This document shows, piece by piece, positions 25,421 through 36,335 of a DNA stretch of 64,000 bases (positions are counted from its first letter, which is position 1; each line of letters starts with the position of its first letter). Below the pieces are notes generated by a model. That model was not told the origin of the DNA. It made no database searches and worked only from the letters and a program-made list of their open reading frames with translations. This DNA comes from an uncultured Planctomycetaceae bacterium (GTDB lineage: Bacteria; Planctomycetota; Planctomycetia; Isosphaerales; Isosphaeraceae): NCBI GenBank assembly GCA_963833985.1, contig CAWIAD010000002.1, forward strand, positions 2,848,001 to 2,912,000, given 5' to 3'. The position numbers and the translations under genes were made by a program.

Positions 25421-26430
25421 TCCTGCGGAAGAAAAGGGGCCACGGTGATATCCTCGTAAAGCTGGTCGAGCGCCGGCGGTTCGCTTTGCTCGGCGAACTC
25501 GATGGCTTCCTCGACCTCGTGCTTGATCTCCTCGCGGAGCTTTTCGAAGGCCGCCTCGTCGATCCAGCCGCGCTCCTTGAGGATGTTCTCGTAAACGACG
25601 ATCGGGTCGTTTTTCATGGCGCTGTCCAGCTCGTCGCGGAGCCGGTACTTGCCCGGATCACTGATGGAGTGTCCCTTGTAGCGGTAGGTGCGGGCCTCGA
25701 TGAACGTGGGCCCCTCGCCGGCACGCGCCCGGTTGGCGGCCTCGCGCGTGGTCTTCGCCATGAGCTCGATGTCGTTGCCGTTGATGGTGATTCCCGGGAT
25801 GCCGTACGCGGTGGCGCCGCGGAGCCGTAAATCGAGCACGGCCGTGGACCGCTCCAGCGAGGTGCCCATCGCGTACAGGTTATTCTCCACGATGTAGATC
25901 ACCGGAAGCTTCCAGAGCGCGGCCATGTTGAAGGCCTCGTGCACCGAGCCCTGGTTGATGGCCCCGTCGCCGAAGTAACAGACGCAGACGCGATCCTCGC
26001 CCCGGTACTGTAGCGCGAAGGCCACGCCGGTGGCCAGCGGGATATGGCTGCCCACGATCGCGTGTCCGCCGAGAAACCCCTTCTCGACGTCGAAGAAGTG
26101 CATCGAACCGCCCTTGCCGCGCGAGCAGCCCGTGGCCTTGCCGAGGAGCTCGGCCATCCCTGACCGCGCGCTCATTCCACGGGCCAGCGCGTGGCCGTGG
26201 TCGCGATAGGCGGTGATCACGTAGTCGTTTTCTCGCAGAACGCCGATCGAGCCCACAGCCACCGGCTCCTGGCCGCTGTACTGGTGGAAGAAGCCGCCAA
26301 TCTTGTTGCCTTTCTGGTAGAGCATCTCGGCCCGTTCCTCGAACCGGCGGATCAGCATCATCTGGCGAAGCCAGACCAGGGCCTGAGTCCGGTTCACGAT
26401 CGGCTTGGCTTCGGTTTGCGTCTGGGCCAT
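25417..26430 (-). CDS. pdhA: Pyruvate dehydrogenase E1 alpha
   Basis: YRDHGH, GKGGSMH, TPP motif FGDGA...ENN, TYRYKGHSISD. Confidence 0.96.
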   Translation of the reverse strand: MAQTQTEAKPIVNRTQALVWLRQMMLIRRFEERAEMLYQKGNKIGGFFHQYSGQEPVAVGSIGVLRENDYVITAYRDHGHALARGMSARSGMAELLGKATGCSRGKGGSMHFFDVEKGFLGGHAIVGSHIPLATGVAFALQYRGEDRVCVCYFGDGAINQGSVHEAFNMAALWKLPVIYIVENNLYAMGTSLERSTAVLDLRLRGATAYGIPGITINGNDIELMAKTTREAANRARAGEGPTFIEARTYRYKGHSISDPGKYRLRDELDSAMKNDPIVVYENILKERGWIDEAAFEKLREEIKHEVEEAIEFAEQSEPPALDQLYEDITVAPFLPQE

Positions 26431-26779
26431 ATCTCCTCAGCTCCTGGGTCCATGCGGGGATCTTGCGGCCGGTGGAGTCGCAGATCCACCTCTTGAAAAA
26501 GTCAATTGCCGGGGGCCGGTCAAGGAAGGACGGGGTCGATACCCGACGCAACAGGCTGGTCATCAAGCAGGGCTGGCTCACAAAGCGGGGCGAGGAGGCA
26601 GGCTGCCGGCGGACCCTTCCGTACCCCGGTACGCGATCGATGATTTCAACTGATACCCCGTTATTTTACACGGGAGGCCAGCCACCTCGCCAGGAAGGTT
26701 TTCCAAGGAATTGGCGGCCGTCAATCCGGCCGGGACCATCCACGATAACCGGTTGCCCCGCGCTGCTCGGCCACCGGAC

Positions 26780-27307
26780 TCAGATCCCCGCAATCCGCCA
26801 GACGAGCCAGGCCATCAAGCCGAAAGCGAGTACGTAAACCCATAGAAGAATCTGGGTTCTGGTGGAAATGCCGGCCGGAGTCGGCGCTCCCCGAAGATAC
26901 CGCTCCTCGACCGCATCGCATGCGTGCGTGTTGGCGTGGACTAGCCAGGCCGATGCCCCGCAGTCACGGCAATAGAACTGGGCGAGCAGGGGCGAGAGCA
27001 GCAGCACGCCGAGCGAAGCGCAGAACAGGAGCACGTTGCGTGTCCGCAACGAGTGCTGGATGAGTGCGACGGCGGAGAGGGCGCAGAGCACGGGCCAGAG
27101 CGGGTTGACCAGCAGCCGCTGGTGTGCGGGCACCTGCTCGGCGGGCAAGCCGACCGGACGCCCGCCGGCGACGCCGGCGGTGGCATCCAGAGACGCGTCG
27201 TAAAGGGATGAGCTGGAATCGTTGTTCACGTCGAGGCACGCTTCGGCGAACTTGCCGGTCCGGGCTCCGCTGCCGCAGGACCAGGCGAGCTGGGCTCCAC
27301 TTTCCAT
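26780..27307 (-). CDS. Hypothetical membrane protein with a Cys/His cluster
   Basis: Three hydrophobic segments; FYCRDCG...HANTHAC between TM2 and TM3; start uncertain. Confidence 0.55.
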   Translation of the reverse strand: MESGAQLAWSCGSGARTGKFAEACLDVNNDSSSSLYDASLDATAGVAGGRPVGLPAEQVPAHQRLLVNPLWPVLCALSAVALIQHSLRTRNVLLFCASLGVLLLSPLLAQFYCRDCGASAWLVHANTHACDAVEERYLRGAPTPAGISTRTQILLWVYVLAFGLMAWLVWRIAGI

Positions 27308-27624
27308 TTTACAGATTGCCGGCCGCCGGCAATGAAGAATCCCGGCGGCGCGGCGGATCGCGCCGGTGACAGCGCCAGCGACCCTTCACCAGTGCTTCAC
27401 TCAAGTCCGGGGGTGCGCGAGCCTCCGGCCTGGAGAGGCCGCGCGCGAGGCCGATCGGGCACTTGAGTGTGGACCTGGCGGAGCGCTTCATGAGAAAGTG
27501 AAACGCTCCGAGAGCGATTGCGAGCCGAACCGTGGCGGGGAGGCCTGGGGTGGGATGGCCCGTGCAGCCGGATCGCCGCTCGCCCGGGCCGACCTGCCCG
27601 AACCGACCGAGGCCGGAGACACGT

Positions 27625-29757
27625 ATGCTTCGCGGCAAGATCGCCCTGCTCGTGTTCCTGACGAGCGCCCTGCTCAGCCATTCGCGTACCACGGCCCACG
27701 AGCCGCAGCCACCCACCCCTCCCCGGGCCGAACGCAAACCGGAACGCCTCGAGAAATTTGGCAAGACCCGGACCGACGACTACTTCTGGCTGCGCAACCG
27801 CCAGGACCCGCGTGTCATCGCCTACCTGGACTCGGAGAACAGCTACACCGACAAGATGACGGCGCATACCCGGGCCCTCCAGCACGCGCTCTTCGAGGAG
27901 ATCGTCGGCCGCATCAAGCAAACCGATCGCTCTGCGCCCATCTTCGATCATGGATATGATTACTATTCGCGACTGGAAGCGGGCCGCGATTATCCGGTGC
28001 TTGCCAGGGCGCGGAGGGTACGGGGAGCCGTGGAGGAGGTGCTGGTCGACGAGAATGCCCTGGCGCGCGGTCTCGGCTACTTCTCGCTGGCGGGCAACCA
28101 CGTCAGTCCCGACAACCGCATACTGGCCTTCGGCATTGACACCGGCGGCCGGCGCTTCCACACGATCCAGTTCAAGGACCTGGAAAGCGGCAAGCTGCTC
28201 GAGGATCGCATCGCCGACACGACGGCGAACATGGCCTGGGCGAACGACAGCAGGACGATCTTTTACACCCGTCAAGACCCGGTCACGCTCCGCGCCTACC
28301 GCATTTACCGGCACCGGCTGGGCACGCGGCCGGCCGACGACCGGCTGGTCTACGAGGAGCCTGATGAAACATTCTCGTGCCATATCTCGCGGACGAAGTC
28401 CGACCGGTTCCTCCTCATCGCATGCACGCAGACGCTGAGCACCGAGTTCCGCTACCTCGATGCGGACCATCCCGAGGGCGAATTCCGGATCGTCCAGGCA
28501 CGCCGGCCGAACCTGGAATACAGGGTCGATCACCTGGGAGATCACTTCTACTTTCGTACGAACCTCGGGGCCCGGAATTTCCGGCTCATGCGTGCGCCGG
28601 TCGCTGCACCGGGGCTGGAACACTGGGAGGAGGTCGTGCCGCAGCGCGCCGGGGTCTTCCTGGAGAGCTTCGAGCTGTTCCGTGACTTTCTGGTGCTCGA
28701 GGAACGGCGTGACGGCCTGATCCGGCTACGTGTCCGCCGCTGGTCCGATGGAGAGGGACACCAGGTCGGGTTCGACGAGCCGGCCTACGACGCGGCCATC
28801 GGCGAGAACCACGAGATGGATACCGACTGCCTGCGCTTCACGTACGCCTCACTGACGACTCCCCGATCGTCGTTCGACTATGACATGAAGCATCGCACGA
28901 AGACGCTTGTCAAGCGCGACGAGGTCCTGGGCGGATTCGACCCCGCCAGCTACGTGACCGAGCGCCTGCACGCGACGGCGGCCGACGGCACCAGGGTGCC
29001 CATCTCGATCGTGATGCGGAAGGGGTTTCGCAAGGACGGCCGCGCACCGCTCTTGCTCTATGGCTACGGCTCTTACGGGGCCAGCAGCGACGCGACGTTT
29101 CAGCCGGAGCGGCTTGCTCTGCTGGACCGCGGGTTCGCCTTCGCGATCGCCCACGTCCGGGGCGGCCAGGAACTGGGCCGGGCGTGGTACGAGGGCGGCA
29201 AGCTGCTCCACAAGAAGAACACCTTCACGGACTTCATCGCCTGCGCCGAGCATTTGATCCGCGAGCAATACACCCGCCCCGACCGCCTCTTCGCTCAGGG
29301 CGCCAGTGCCGGCGGACTGCTCATGGGGGCCGTCATCAATATGCGACCGGACCTGTTCAAGGGGGTCGTCGCCATGGTTCCTTTCGTGGACGTGGTCACG
29401 ACCATGCTCGACGCGTCGATACCGCTGACGACGTCCGAGTACGACGAGTGGGGCAATCCCGCGGACAGGACGTATTTTGACTACATGCTCTCCTATTCGC
29501 CCTATGACAACGTCGTGCCCGGAAACTATCCCAGCCTGCTGGTGACCACGGCGCTTCAGGACTCGCAGGTGCAGTACTGGGAACCCGCCAAGTGGGTTGC
29601 CAGGCTCCGCGCCACCAAGACGGATTCCAATCGACTGCTGCTGCGAACGTACAAGGAGGGGAGCCACGGCGGGGTCTCGGGCCGCTACAAGCGGTACGAG
29701 CAGACGGCGTTCGTGTACGCATTCCTGCTGGATCTTGCCGGGCAGGGCGGGGGTTGA
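27625..29757 (+). CDS. ptrB: Oligopeptidase B (S9A) with N-terminal signal peptide
   Basis: RTDDYFWLR, LYGYGSYG, HVRGG, GASAGG, VPFVDVVTTM, EWGNP, DSQVQYWEPAKW, GSHGG. Confidence 0.93.
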   Translation: MLRGKIALLVFLTSALLSHSRTTAHEPQPPTPPRAERKPERLEKFGKTRTDDYFWLRNRQDPRVIAYLDSENSYTDKMTAHTRALQHALFEEIVGRIKQTDRSAPIFDHGYDYYSRLEAGRDYPVLARARRVRGAVEEVLVDENALARGLGYFSLAGNHVSPDNRILAFGIDTGGRRFHTIQFKDLESGKLLEDRIADTTANMAWANDSRTIFYTRQDPVTLRAYRIYRHRLGTRPADDRLVYEEPDETFSCHISRTKSDRFLLIACTQTLSTEFRYLDADHPEGEFRIVQARRPNLEYRVDHLGDHFYFRTNLGARNFRLMRAPVAAPGLEHWEEVVPQRAGVFLESFELFRDFLVLEERRDGLIRLRVRRWSDGEGHQVGFDEPAYDAAIGENHEMDTDCLRFTYASLTTPRSSFDYDMKHRTKTLVKRDEVLGGFDPASYVTERLHATAADGTRVPISIVMRKGFRKDGRAPLLLYGYGSYGASSDATFQPERLALLDRGFAFAIAHVRGGQELGRAWYEGGKLLHKKNTFTDFIACAEHLIREQYTRPDRLFAQGASAGGLLMGAVINMRPDLFKGVVAMVPFVDVVTTMLDASIPLTTSEYDEWGNPADRTYFDYMLSYSPYDNVVPGNYPSLLVTTALQDSQVQYWEPAKWVARLRATKTDSNRLLLRTYKEGSHGGVSGRYKRYEQTAFVYAFLLDLAGQGGG

Positions 29758-29932
29758 AGGAGAGGGCTGGCGGCGGCTCGGGCGCAGCTCGGGGTGCCGT
29801 GTGAGCGGATCACTCCAGCGCCGGGGCTGGGCGGTCCGTGTATAATGATCCGTAAATGATGCATCAACGAGGGATGGCCGGAGCAACTGAACGTGTGTCT
29901 GCCCAGCCGTCCTCGTGGAACAGGACGTGCCG

Positions 29933-31197
29933 ATGAGCGAGGATCTGTCCAGGATCGACGATGCCATTCAGGCCCTGCGCGAGGGACGCCCGATCATTGT
30001 CGTGGACGATGAAAACCGCGAGAACGAGGGCGATTTCGTGGCGGCCGCGGAGAAAGCGACCCCCGAGCTGATCGCCTTCATGATCACGCATGGACGCGGG
30101 CAGCTCTGCATGCCCATTTTGCCGGAAGTGGCGACCCGGCTGCATCTACCCCCACTGGTGGACCACAACACGGCCCCGCACCAGACGGCGTACACGATAC
30201 CCGTCGATCACATTTCCTGCCGCACGGGCATCAGCGCGTCGGAGCGGCGCGGACCATCCAGGCGATTCTGGACCCGGCGACACGGCCCTCGGACCTGGTT
30301 CGTCCGGGACATCTGCACCCGCTGGTGGCCAAGGAAGGGGGCGTGCTGCGCCGCGCCGGGCACACCGAGGCGGCCGTGGACCTGGCACGGCTGGCGGGGA
30401 TGGCTGCCGCCGGTGTGATCTGCGAGATCACGGACGGCATCCACATGGCGGGCCGGGAGAAGCTCCAGGAAATTGCACGCGAGCACGGCCTGCCCATGGT
30501 CTCCATCGAGGCCCTGATCAAGTTTCGCCGGCTTCGCGAGAAGCTGGTGCACCGCGCCACCGAGGCCGACCTGCCCACGCGCTACGGTCCCGGGCGGATC
30601 ATCGCCTACAAGGTTCAGCACGAGCCGGGTAACGAGCCGATCGCCCTGGTCATGGGGAACTTGAAAGCGGCCGACGCGCCGCTGGTCCGCCTGCACTCCT
30701 CGTGCTTCACCGGCGACCTGCTGGATTCCCTGCGGTGCGACTGCGGCGACCAGCTTCACATGGCCCTTGCCATGATCGGGGCCGAGGGCGTCGGCGCTCT
30801 CATCTATCTTCCCCAGGAAGGCCGCGGGATCGGCCTCATCGAGAAGATTCGGGCCTATAACCTGCAAGACAAGGGAATGGACACCGTCCAGGCGAACATC
30901 GCGCTGGGCTACCAGGCGGACCTCCGCGACTACGGGATCGGATTGCAGATCCTCAAGGATCTCGGGCTCACCAGGGTCCGCCTGCTGACCAACAACCCCA
31001 AGAAGACGGATGCCTTTGTCTACTACGGGTACGATCTGGCGGTGGTCGACCAGGTGCCCATCATTGCCCCGGTCCGAGCCGAACGCCAGCGCTACCTGGA
31101 CGCGAAACGAGACAAGATGGGCCATCTGCTGCCGCCCCGTCCGTGTTGCGGGGGCGTGGGCGAGCCGGCCCCGGCCGGCGCTCCCGGCGAGCCGTAG
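29933..31197 (+). CDS. ribBA: Bifunctional DHBP synthase / GTP cyclohydrolase II; frameshift near 30246
   Basis: [16 protein letters not shown]; adding one G gives [56 protein letters not shown]. Confidence 0.93.
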
Positions 31198-31296
31198 GGA
31201 CGCGTTCCTGCCGCCAGAACCGTGTTTCGGCCGCAGGGATCGAGTCCGCAGTGATCGGGCCGGTAACGGCTGCTGCCGCGAAGAGGAGATCAATTC

Positions 31297-32082
31297 ATGA
31301 GCTCATTTCAAGAGACGCCGATCGTGCTGGTGCATGGCTTCCTCGGGTACGACGAGCTGGATCTCCCCGGGTTGTCGATCTCATATTTCCGGGGAATTCC
31401 CGACGCACTCCGCGGCGCTGGTTACAGCGTCCCCGAACCGCCCAAGCTGAACTCTGGCGGCAGCGTCAAGGAACGCGCCTCTGATCTGCGTGAATACCTG
31501 GAGAGCAACGATGAGGTGGCCGGCCGCAAGGTCCATCTGATCGGCTACAGCATGGGCGGGCTCGATTGCCGTTACCTCGTCTCCTGCATGGGCATGGCGG
31601 AACGCGTGATGAGCTTGACAACGCTGGGGGCACCGCACCGGGGTACCGCGCTGGCGGACGTCGCCGTCGAGGTACTCGGGAGCCTGGTGAAGGCCATCGA
31701 TGCCACACGCCTCCTCGACCTCCGCGGCTCCTTCGACCTCACGGTGCGCAACTGCAAGGAGTTCAACCGCGAGGATGTGCCCGACACGGACCATGTCCGC
31801 TACTATTCCGTGGCGGGCCTCTACCATCCGGAGTCCACCGATGGCCCCGACCTGCTGGGGCTGTCGCACAAGTACCTGATGGAGCGTGAAGGAGACAATG
31901 ACGGCCTGGTCTCGGTGCGGTCGGCCACCTACGGCACGTTCCTCGGCACCTGGCCCGGCAACCATTTCCGCCTTGTCAACTGCCCGACGAACCTCATCGA
32001 GCCGGCCGAGGAGCTTGACGACCCATCGGTCATCCAGCGCTACCTCGATCTTGTAGCACGGCTGGCCCGGGATATGCCTTGA
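31297..32082 (+). CDS. Triacylglycerol lipase / esterase (alpha/beta hydrolase)
   Basis: PIVLVHGFLG, GYSMGGLD, LTTLGAPHRGT, NDGLVS, GNH. Confidence 0.88.
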   Translation: MSSFQETPIVLVHGFLGYDELDLPGLSISYFRGIPDALRGAGYSVPEPPKLNSGGSVKERASDLREYLESNDEVAGRKVHLIGYSMGGLDCRYLVSCMGMAERVMSLTTLGAPHRGTALADVAVEVLGSLVKAIDATRLLDLRGSFDLTVRNCKEFNREDVPDTDHVRYYSVAGLYHPESTDGPDLLGLSHKYLMEREGDNDGLVSVRSATYGTFLGTWPGNHFRLVNCPTNLIEPAEELDDPSVIQRYLDLVARLARDMP

Positions 32083-32255
32083 AGCGTTTTTGTGCCCACG
32101 CATGGTGGCGCGCGATCACACCCGGCTGGCTCCGCATAAATCTCGACGATCAGAGAAGTTGAGATATAGAATCAGGAGATCGAATGCCGTCGGGCGAGCG
32201 GGCGGGCACAAGGCGCGGTCGCGGATCCGGCTTCAACTTCCAGAAGGATTCCGTG

Positions 32256-33706
32256 ATGACAGCCTCGAAGACCTGGGAACGCCTGGGCCGGCCCGCCATC
32301 CGCGCCGGTGTCGTTCTCGTGGCCCTGGGCCCGGTCGTGGCCTGGGGTTTGACCCGCCCGCAGGAGACCCCGGTGCAGCCCAAGGCCAGCGTTGCGGCCG
32401 CCGCCAGGCCTGCCGATCCCAGGGCGCTGGCGCTGCTGGCGGAGGTGGCCAAGGCTTACAAGAATCTCGGTACGTACAGCGATGACGGCCATTTCGTCAT
32501 GGCCATGACGATCGCCGGCAAGCCGCAAAAGCAGACCTTGCCGCTGAAGCTCCGCTTCGCTCGTCCCAACAAGCTTGACCTCGACGCGGGCCCCGTGCGG
32601 CTGGTGAGCGACGGCAAGACCATGATCACCACGGTGCTCCCGCTCAAGCGCTATACCAGCGAGCCCGCCCCCGAGCAGATCGACATCGAGACCTTTCGCC
32701 GCGGCCCCTCGGCGCGATCGTCTTTGGCGGGCCTTCGGGAACCGCGATGTTCATCCTGCTGAACTTGCTCACGGCCCCGGATGCGGCCGCCTCCCTGCAT
32801 GAGCTCGGCGGCTCGCTCCAGCTTGCCGGCGATGCCCAGGGGGCCGGCAGTACGCCCCCTTCGATCCTCATCGACCAGCAGGAAGGGCCAGACATCCGCA
32901 TGGTGGTTGATCCGGCCACCAAGCTGCTCTCCCGCATCGAGTTCCAGATTGATGAACCGACCCTGGCGCAGAGCGCGCCGGCTGGTCAGAAGCTCACCGT
33001 CGAGCAGTTCGGCTGGGCTGCCGGTCCCGTCAGCACTGAGCCCGCGAAAACTGATGCCTTCGCCTACGAGGTCCCCAAGGGGTTCACCAAGGTGGATTCT
33101 CTGCTCGAGCGTCCCGGCGCCGGCGCTGGCGCTGAGCCCAGGTTCGCGGTCAACGAACTGGTCGGCAAACCAGCGCCCGAGTTCACGCTGACCATCCTGG
33201 ATGGTCCCGAAAAGACGCGCACCGTGACCAGGACCGAGCTCGCCGGCAAGGTCGTCCTCATCGATTTCTGGGCCACCTGGTGCGGACCCTGCATGCAGGA
33301 GCTGCCGGAGCTTCAGAAGGTGATCGAGGCACTGGCCAGGGACAAGAAAGAAGTCGTTGTCGTTGCGCTCAGCCAGGACTCGGAGCCGCAAGAACTCTCC
33401 GAGGTTCGCAAGCTCGTCGAGAAGACGCTGGACACCAAGAAGATCCAGCTCACGGCAAGCAAGGTTGGCTGGATCGGTCTGGACCCCAGCCGATCCGTGG
33501 GCAAGGTCTTCGACGTGGAAGGTTTGCCCACGCTGGTGGTGCTCGACGCCAAGGGCGTCGTCCAGGCCGCTCACGTGGGGAACAGCCCGGACATCCGCGA
33601 GCAGCTCACCCGCGAGATCGACACGCTGCTCGCGGGCAAGTCTCTGCTCAAGGAAAAGCCAGTGCCAGCCGTCAACAAGAAGGATGCGAAGACTGACAAG
33701 GAATGA
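32256..33706 (+). CDS. LolA-like/DUF2092-type periplasmic domain fused to a TlpA thioredoxin; frameshift near 32707
   Basis: N-terminal TM or signal, FARPNKLDL..LVSDGKT; adding one C to a C4 run gives RGPLGAIVFGGPSGTAMF, joining to GKPAPEF..GKVVLIDFWATWCGPC. Confidence 0.75.
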
Positions 33707-33752
33707 GCGAAGAGCGCCGGTGCGAACGTGATCACGCGCCGCGACCGCGGGA

Positions 33753-36191
33753 TCACTCGGGTGGGCTGAGCGCGGGCACCTGGAAATCAGACGCGAAGAC
33801 CAGGGTCGTCGCGCCCCCCTTGGCCGGCCTGATGGTCCCCGAGAGCATCCGCATGGCCAGCGGGTCGCCCTGGCGGCTGTTCAGGGTGTAGATCTCGCTG
33901 GCGGACCAGTCGTAATCGATGATCCGGATCGTCACCGGGTCGCCCAGCTTCCAGGTGACGGGCCGGGGGAAGGTGTAGTCCCAGACAGGCCGGTGGCTGT
34001 TCGGGATGACCGACGAGGGGCCGTAGACGGCGCCCGCGACCTCGATCACAACGCCCAGGTCGGGCGCACCGCCGGCGAGGTACTTGCCCACGGTCGGCTC
34101 GACCGTGCCCCGGCGCAGCGTGACGCGATACTCGCCGGGGACCGAGACCTTGTCCCACCATTGCAGGTACCCGCGCGCGTCGCCGGCGAAGCGTCCGTCG
34201 GGGTGATCGCGGAGATAATCGCGGAGCCGGCGGGCCACTTCCGCCACGTCATCGGCGTGGGCCAAACTGTAGTCGTACGCCTCACGGTACGCGTGGCTGT
34301 CCCATTCGCGCAGGATGCGGTCGCGGGCGTCCATCGCCTCCCTGAGGAACCGGCCTCCCGCCTGGTGGGCCTTGAGGTAGTCCTGATAGCGCTCGATGCG
34401 GGCGGCGAAGCTGGTGGGATGGCTCCGCGAGTACTCCCGGGACCGGTCAATGTCGCGCTGGTCGAGCGTGGCCGTGTACTGCTCCAGCCGGGACTCCACC
34501 TCGGAACGGAGCGGGCTATCAGGGTGCTCGTCCAGGAATTGCCTGGCCCGGTCAATCAGGTCGGGCAGGGATGCGTCAGGCAACGCCGCGCTACGAACCA
34601 GATCGTCCAGGATCTTGCGCTCGGCCGCGACCCGGCGCTCCGCCTGCGTGCTCTTGAGCGACCGGGCCAGCGCCGCGACATCCGCGCGGCGCTGGCTGTC
34701 GGGGAACTCGCGCAGAAAGAGGTCGAGCTGGACCAGAGGCGTCTCGGGATCATCCGCCGCCGAGAGCGACAGGGCCAGCGCCCGGACGTCCTTCCAGCGC
34801 TCGTCGTGCCGCGAGCGCTCATGCGCTTCCTCGACGGCCCGGATGGCCGGTGCGAGCTCGGGCGCCTGCTCCTTGATCCCGTCCAGCCGGGCAGCCAGGT
34901 CGGGGGTGGGCAGGCCGCTGGCGATGCGCACGCCCGCGGCCTTCACGGCCCATTCGTTTCGCTTCAACCGCGCTTGCCTGGCCAGCGCGGGCCAGAAGAC
35001 GTCCAGCGAGGGATGGGCGGTGAACAGGCCGGACCAGCGGCGAGCCACCTGCGGTGCGGCGTTCTGATCCTCGCGCTCGAACGCCATTGCCCGCTGGAAG
35101 CCCCAGAAGTCGTATCCGGCCAGCACGGCGGGCAGCACGGCGGCCATGGCCATGATGCCTGCCACACGCCGCCATCGCCGATGCCGGCCCAGGGCCTGGA
35201 GGCGAGAGCGAAACTCGTAAGAGCGGTTCGACCGCGGGTAGCGGCGCTCGTAGGCGTTGACGCACCGCTGGAGCCGGGGCAGGTCCCGCGGGGCGAGCTT
35301 CCAGAGCCATTCCATCTGCAACCGGTCGCGAGACTCTAGCTGAGCGGCCAGCCAGCTCAGGGGCCCTTCCAGTCCCATGGGCTGGAGCTCCGTCGGCGGG
35401 CGATTGCCCGCCGACCCCGGCCCGTACGAGCTCACGCCGAAGATCACGCCGTCGGGGGCATGCTGCCGCAGCGCGTGCCGCGTCATGCCGTACTGCTCGT
35501 CCACCAGGCGCTCGACCAACGTGCCCGACAGGTCGGGCGCGGAGTCAGGGTCAGGCGCGGAGTCAGAATCCTGAGCGGAGTCAGAATCCTGGGCGGCTGG
35601 CGTCAGGGTCTGGCCGGCTTGCGGCTGCCCATCACAGGGCAGCGACCGCGCCAGGACGCGGTCGAACTTCGTCAGGAGCAGGGCGATCGGCCGATCGGTG
35701 CTCAGGTCGTCGGACCGGTCGATGTACCGTTCCAGCAGATTTTCGATTTCCTGCTGGCGTTTCCTCCGCTCGACGGGACTGGCGGAGCCGTCGGGATCGA
35801 GGCAGAGCAGGACTGCATCGCAGCCGGCGAAGAACTGCTGGATGGGCTCCTCGGAGCCGAGCGTGACGTGCTCGCCCTGGTAGTCCATGACAATGAGCTC
35901 CAGCCTGGCTGGTCCGTGGTAGAGCCGCAGCCTGAGCTCGGTCTCCGCCAGCGTTCCCGACATCGGCTGCCCCGACTCGACCTGGGCAATCTTGTCGGCC
36001 AGGTACTGGGCGCTGGTCGCGTCGGCAGCGGCCAGCCGGATTCCAGGGATTGCGCCGCTGGCCGCCTGACGGTAGAGCATCGCCAGCAGCGTGGTCTTGC
36101 CCACGTTGCGATGCCCGAACAGCGCGATCCGCTTCGGCCCGGTGAGACGCCGTTCAAGCGCATCGAGAATGTCGGAACTGCGCGACCGCAT
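33753..36191 (-). CDS. Membrane-anchored TRAFAC-type GTPase with helical repeats and a C-terminal C2-like domain
   Basis: G1 GHRNVGKTT, G2 SGT, G3 DYQGE, G4 TKFD, G5 VSSYG; TM VAGIMAMAAVLPAVLAGY; four (F/Y)LxxHP-type repeats; APDLGVVIEV..SSVIPNSHRPVWD..VTIRIIDYD. Confidence 0.75.
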   Translation of the reverse strand: MRSRSSDILDALERRLTGPKRIALFGHRNVGKTTLLAMLYRQAASGAIPGIRLAAADATSAQYLADKIAQVESGQPMSGTLAETELRLRLYHGPARLELIVMDYQGEHVTLGSEEPIQQFFAGCDAVLLCLDPDGSASPVERRKRQQEIENLLERYIDRSDDLSTDRPIALLLTKFDRVLARSLPCDGQPQAGQTLTPAAQDSDSAQDSDSAPDPDSAPDLSGTLVERLVDEQYGMTRHALRQHAPDGVIFGVSSYGPGSAGNRPPTELQPMGLEGPLSWLAAQLESRDRLQMEWLWKLAPRDLPRLQRCVNAYERRYPRSNRSYEFRSRLQALGRHRRWRRVAGIMAMAAVLPAVLAGYDFWGFQRAMAFEREDQNAAPQVARRWSGLFTAHPSLDVFWPALARQARLKRNEWAVKAAGVRIASGLPTPDLAARLDGIKEQAPELAPAIRAVEEAHERSRHDERWKDVRALALSLSAADDPETPLVQLDLFLREFPDSQRRADVAALARSLKSTQAERRVAAERKILDDLVRSAALPDASLPDLIDRARQFLDEHPDSPLRSEVESRLEQYTATLDQRDIDRSREYSRSHPTSFAARIERYQDYLKAHQAGGRFLREAMDARDRILREWDSHAYREAYDYSLAHADDVAEVARRLRDYLRDHPDGRFAGDARGYLQWWDKVSVPGEYRVTLRRGTVEPTVGKYLAGGAPDLGVVIEVAGAVYGPSSVIPNSHRPVWDYTFPRPVTWKLGDPVTIRIIDYDWSASEIYTLNSRQGDPLAMRMLSGTIRPAKGGATTLVFASDFQVPALSPPE
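35532..35595 (-). repeat. 18-bp coding tandem repeat (DSDSAQ-DSDSAP-DPDSAP) in the GTPase domain
   Basis: + strand gcggagtcagaatcctg twice, plus gcggagtcagggtcag; insertion lies between G4 and G5. Confidence 0.7.
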
Positions 36192-36335
36192 GCTCAAGAT
36201 CCCTCTGGTGGAGAGCCAGAAAACGTCCCCTCGCCAATGACCCAGACCCGGCAAGCCACTCCTTGGTACCTCGCCGTGGTCCTCGATTCCGGGTGCCTTC
36301 CAGGGCAGAACTCGCCCCGCTTACTGCGGCGCTCC

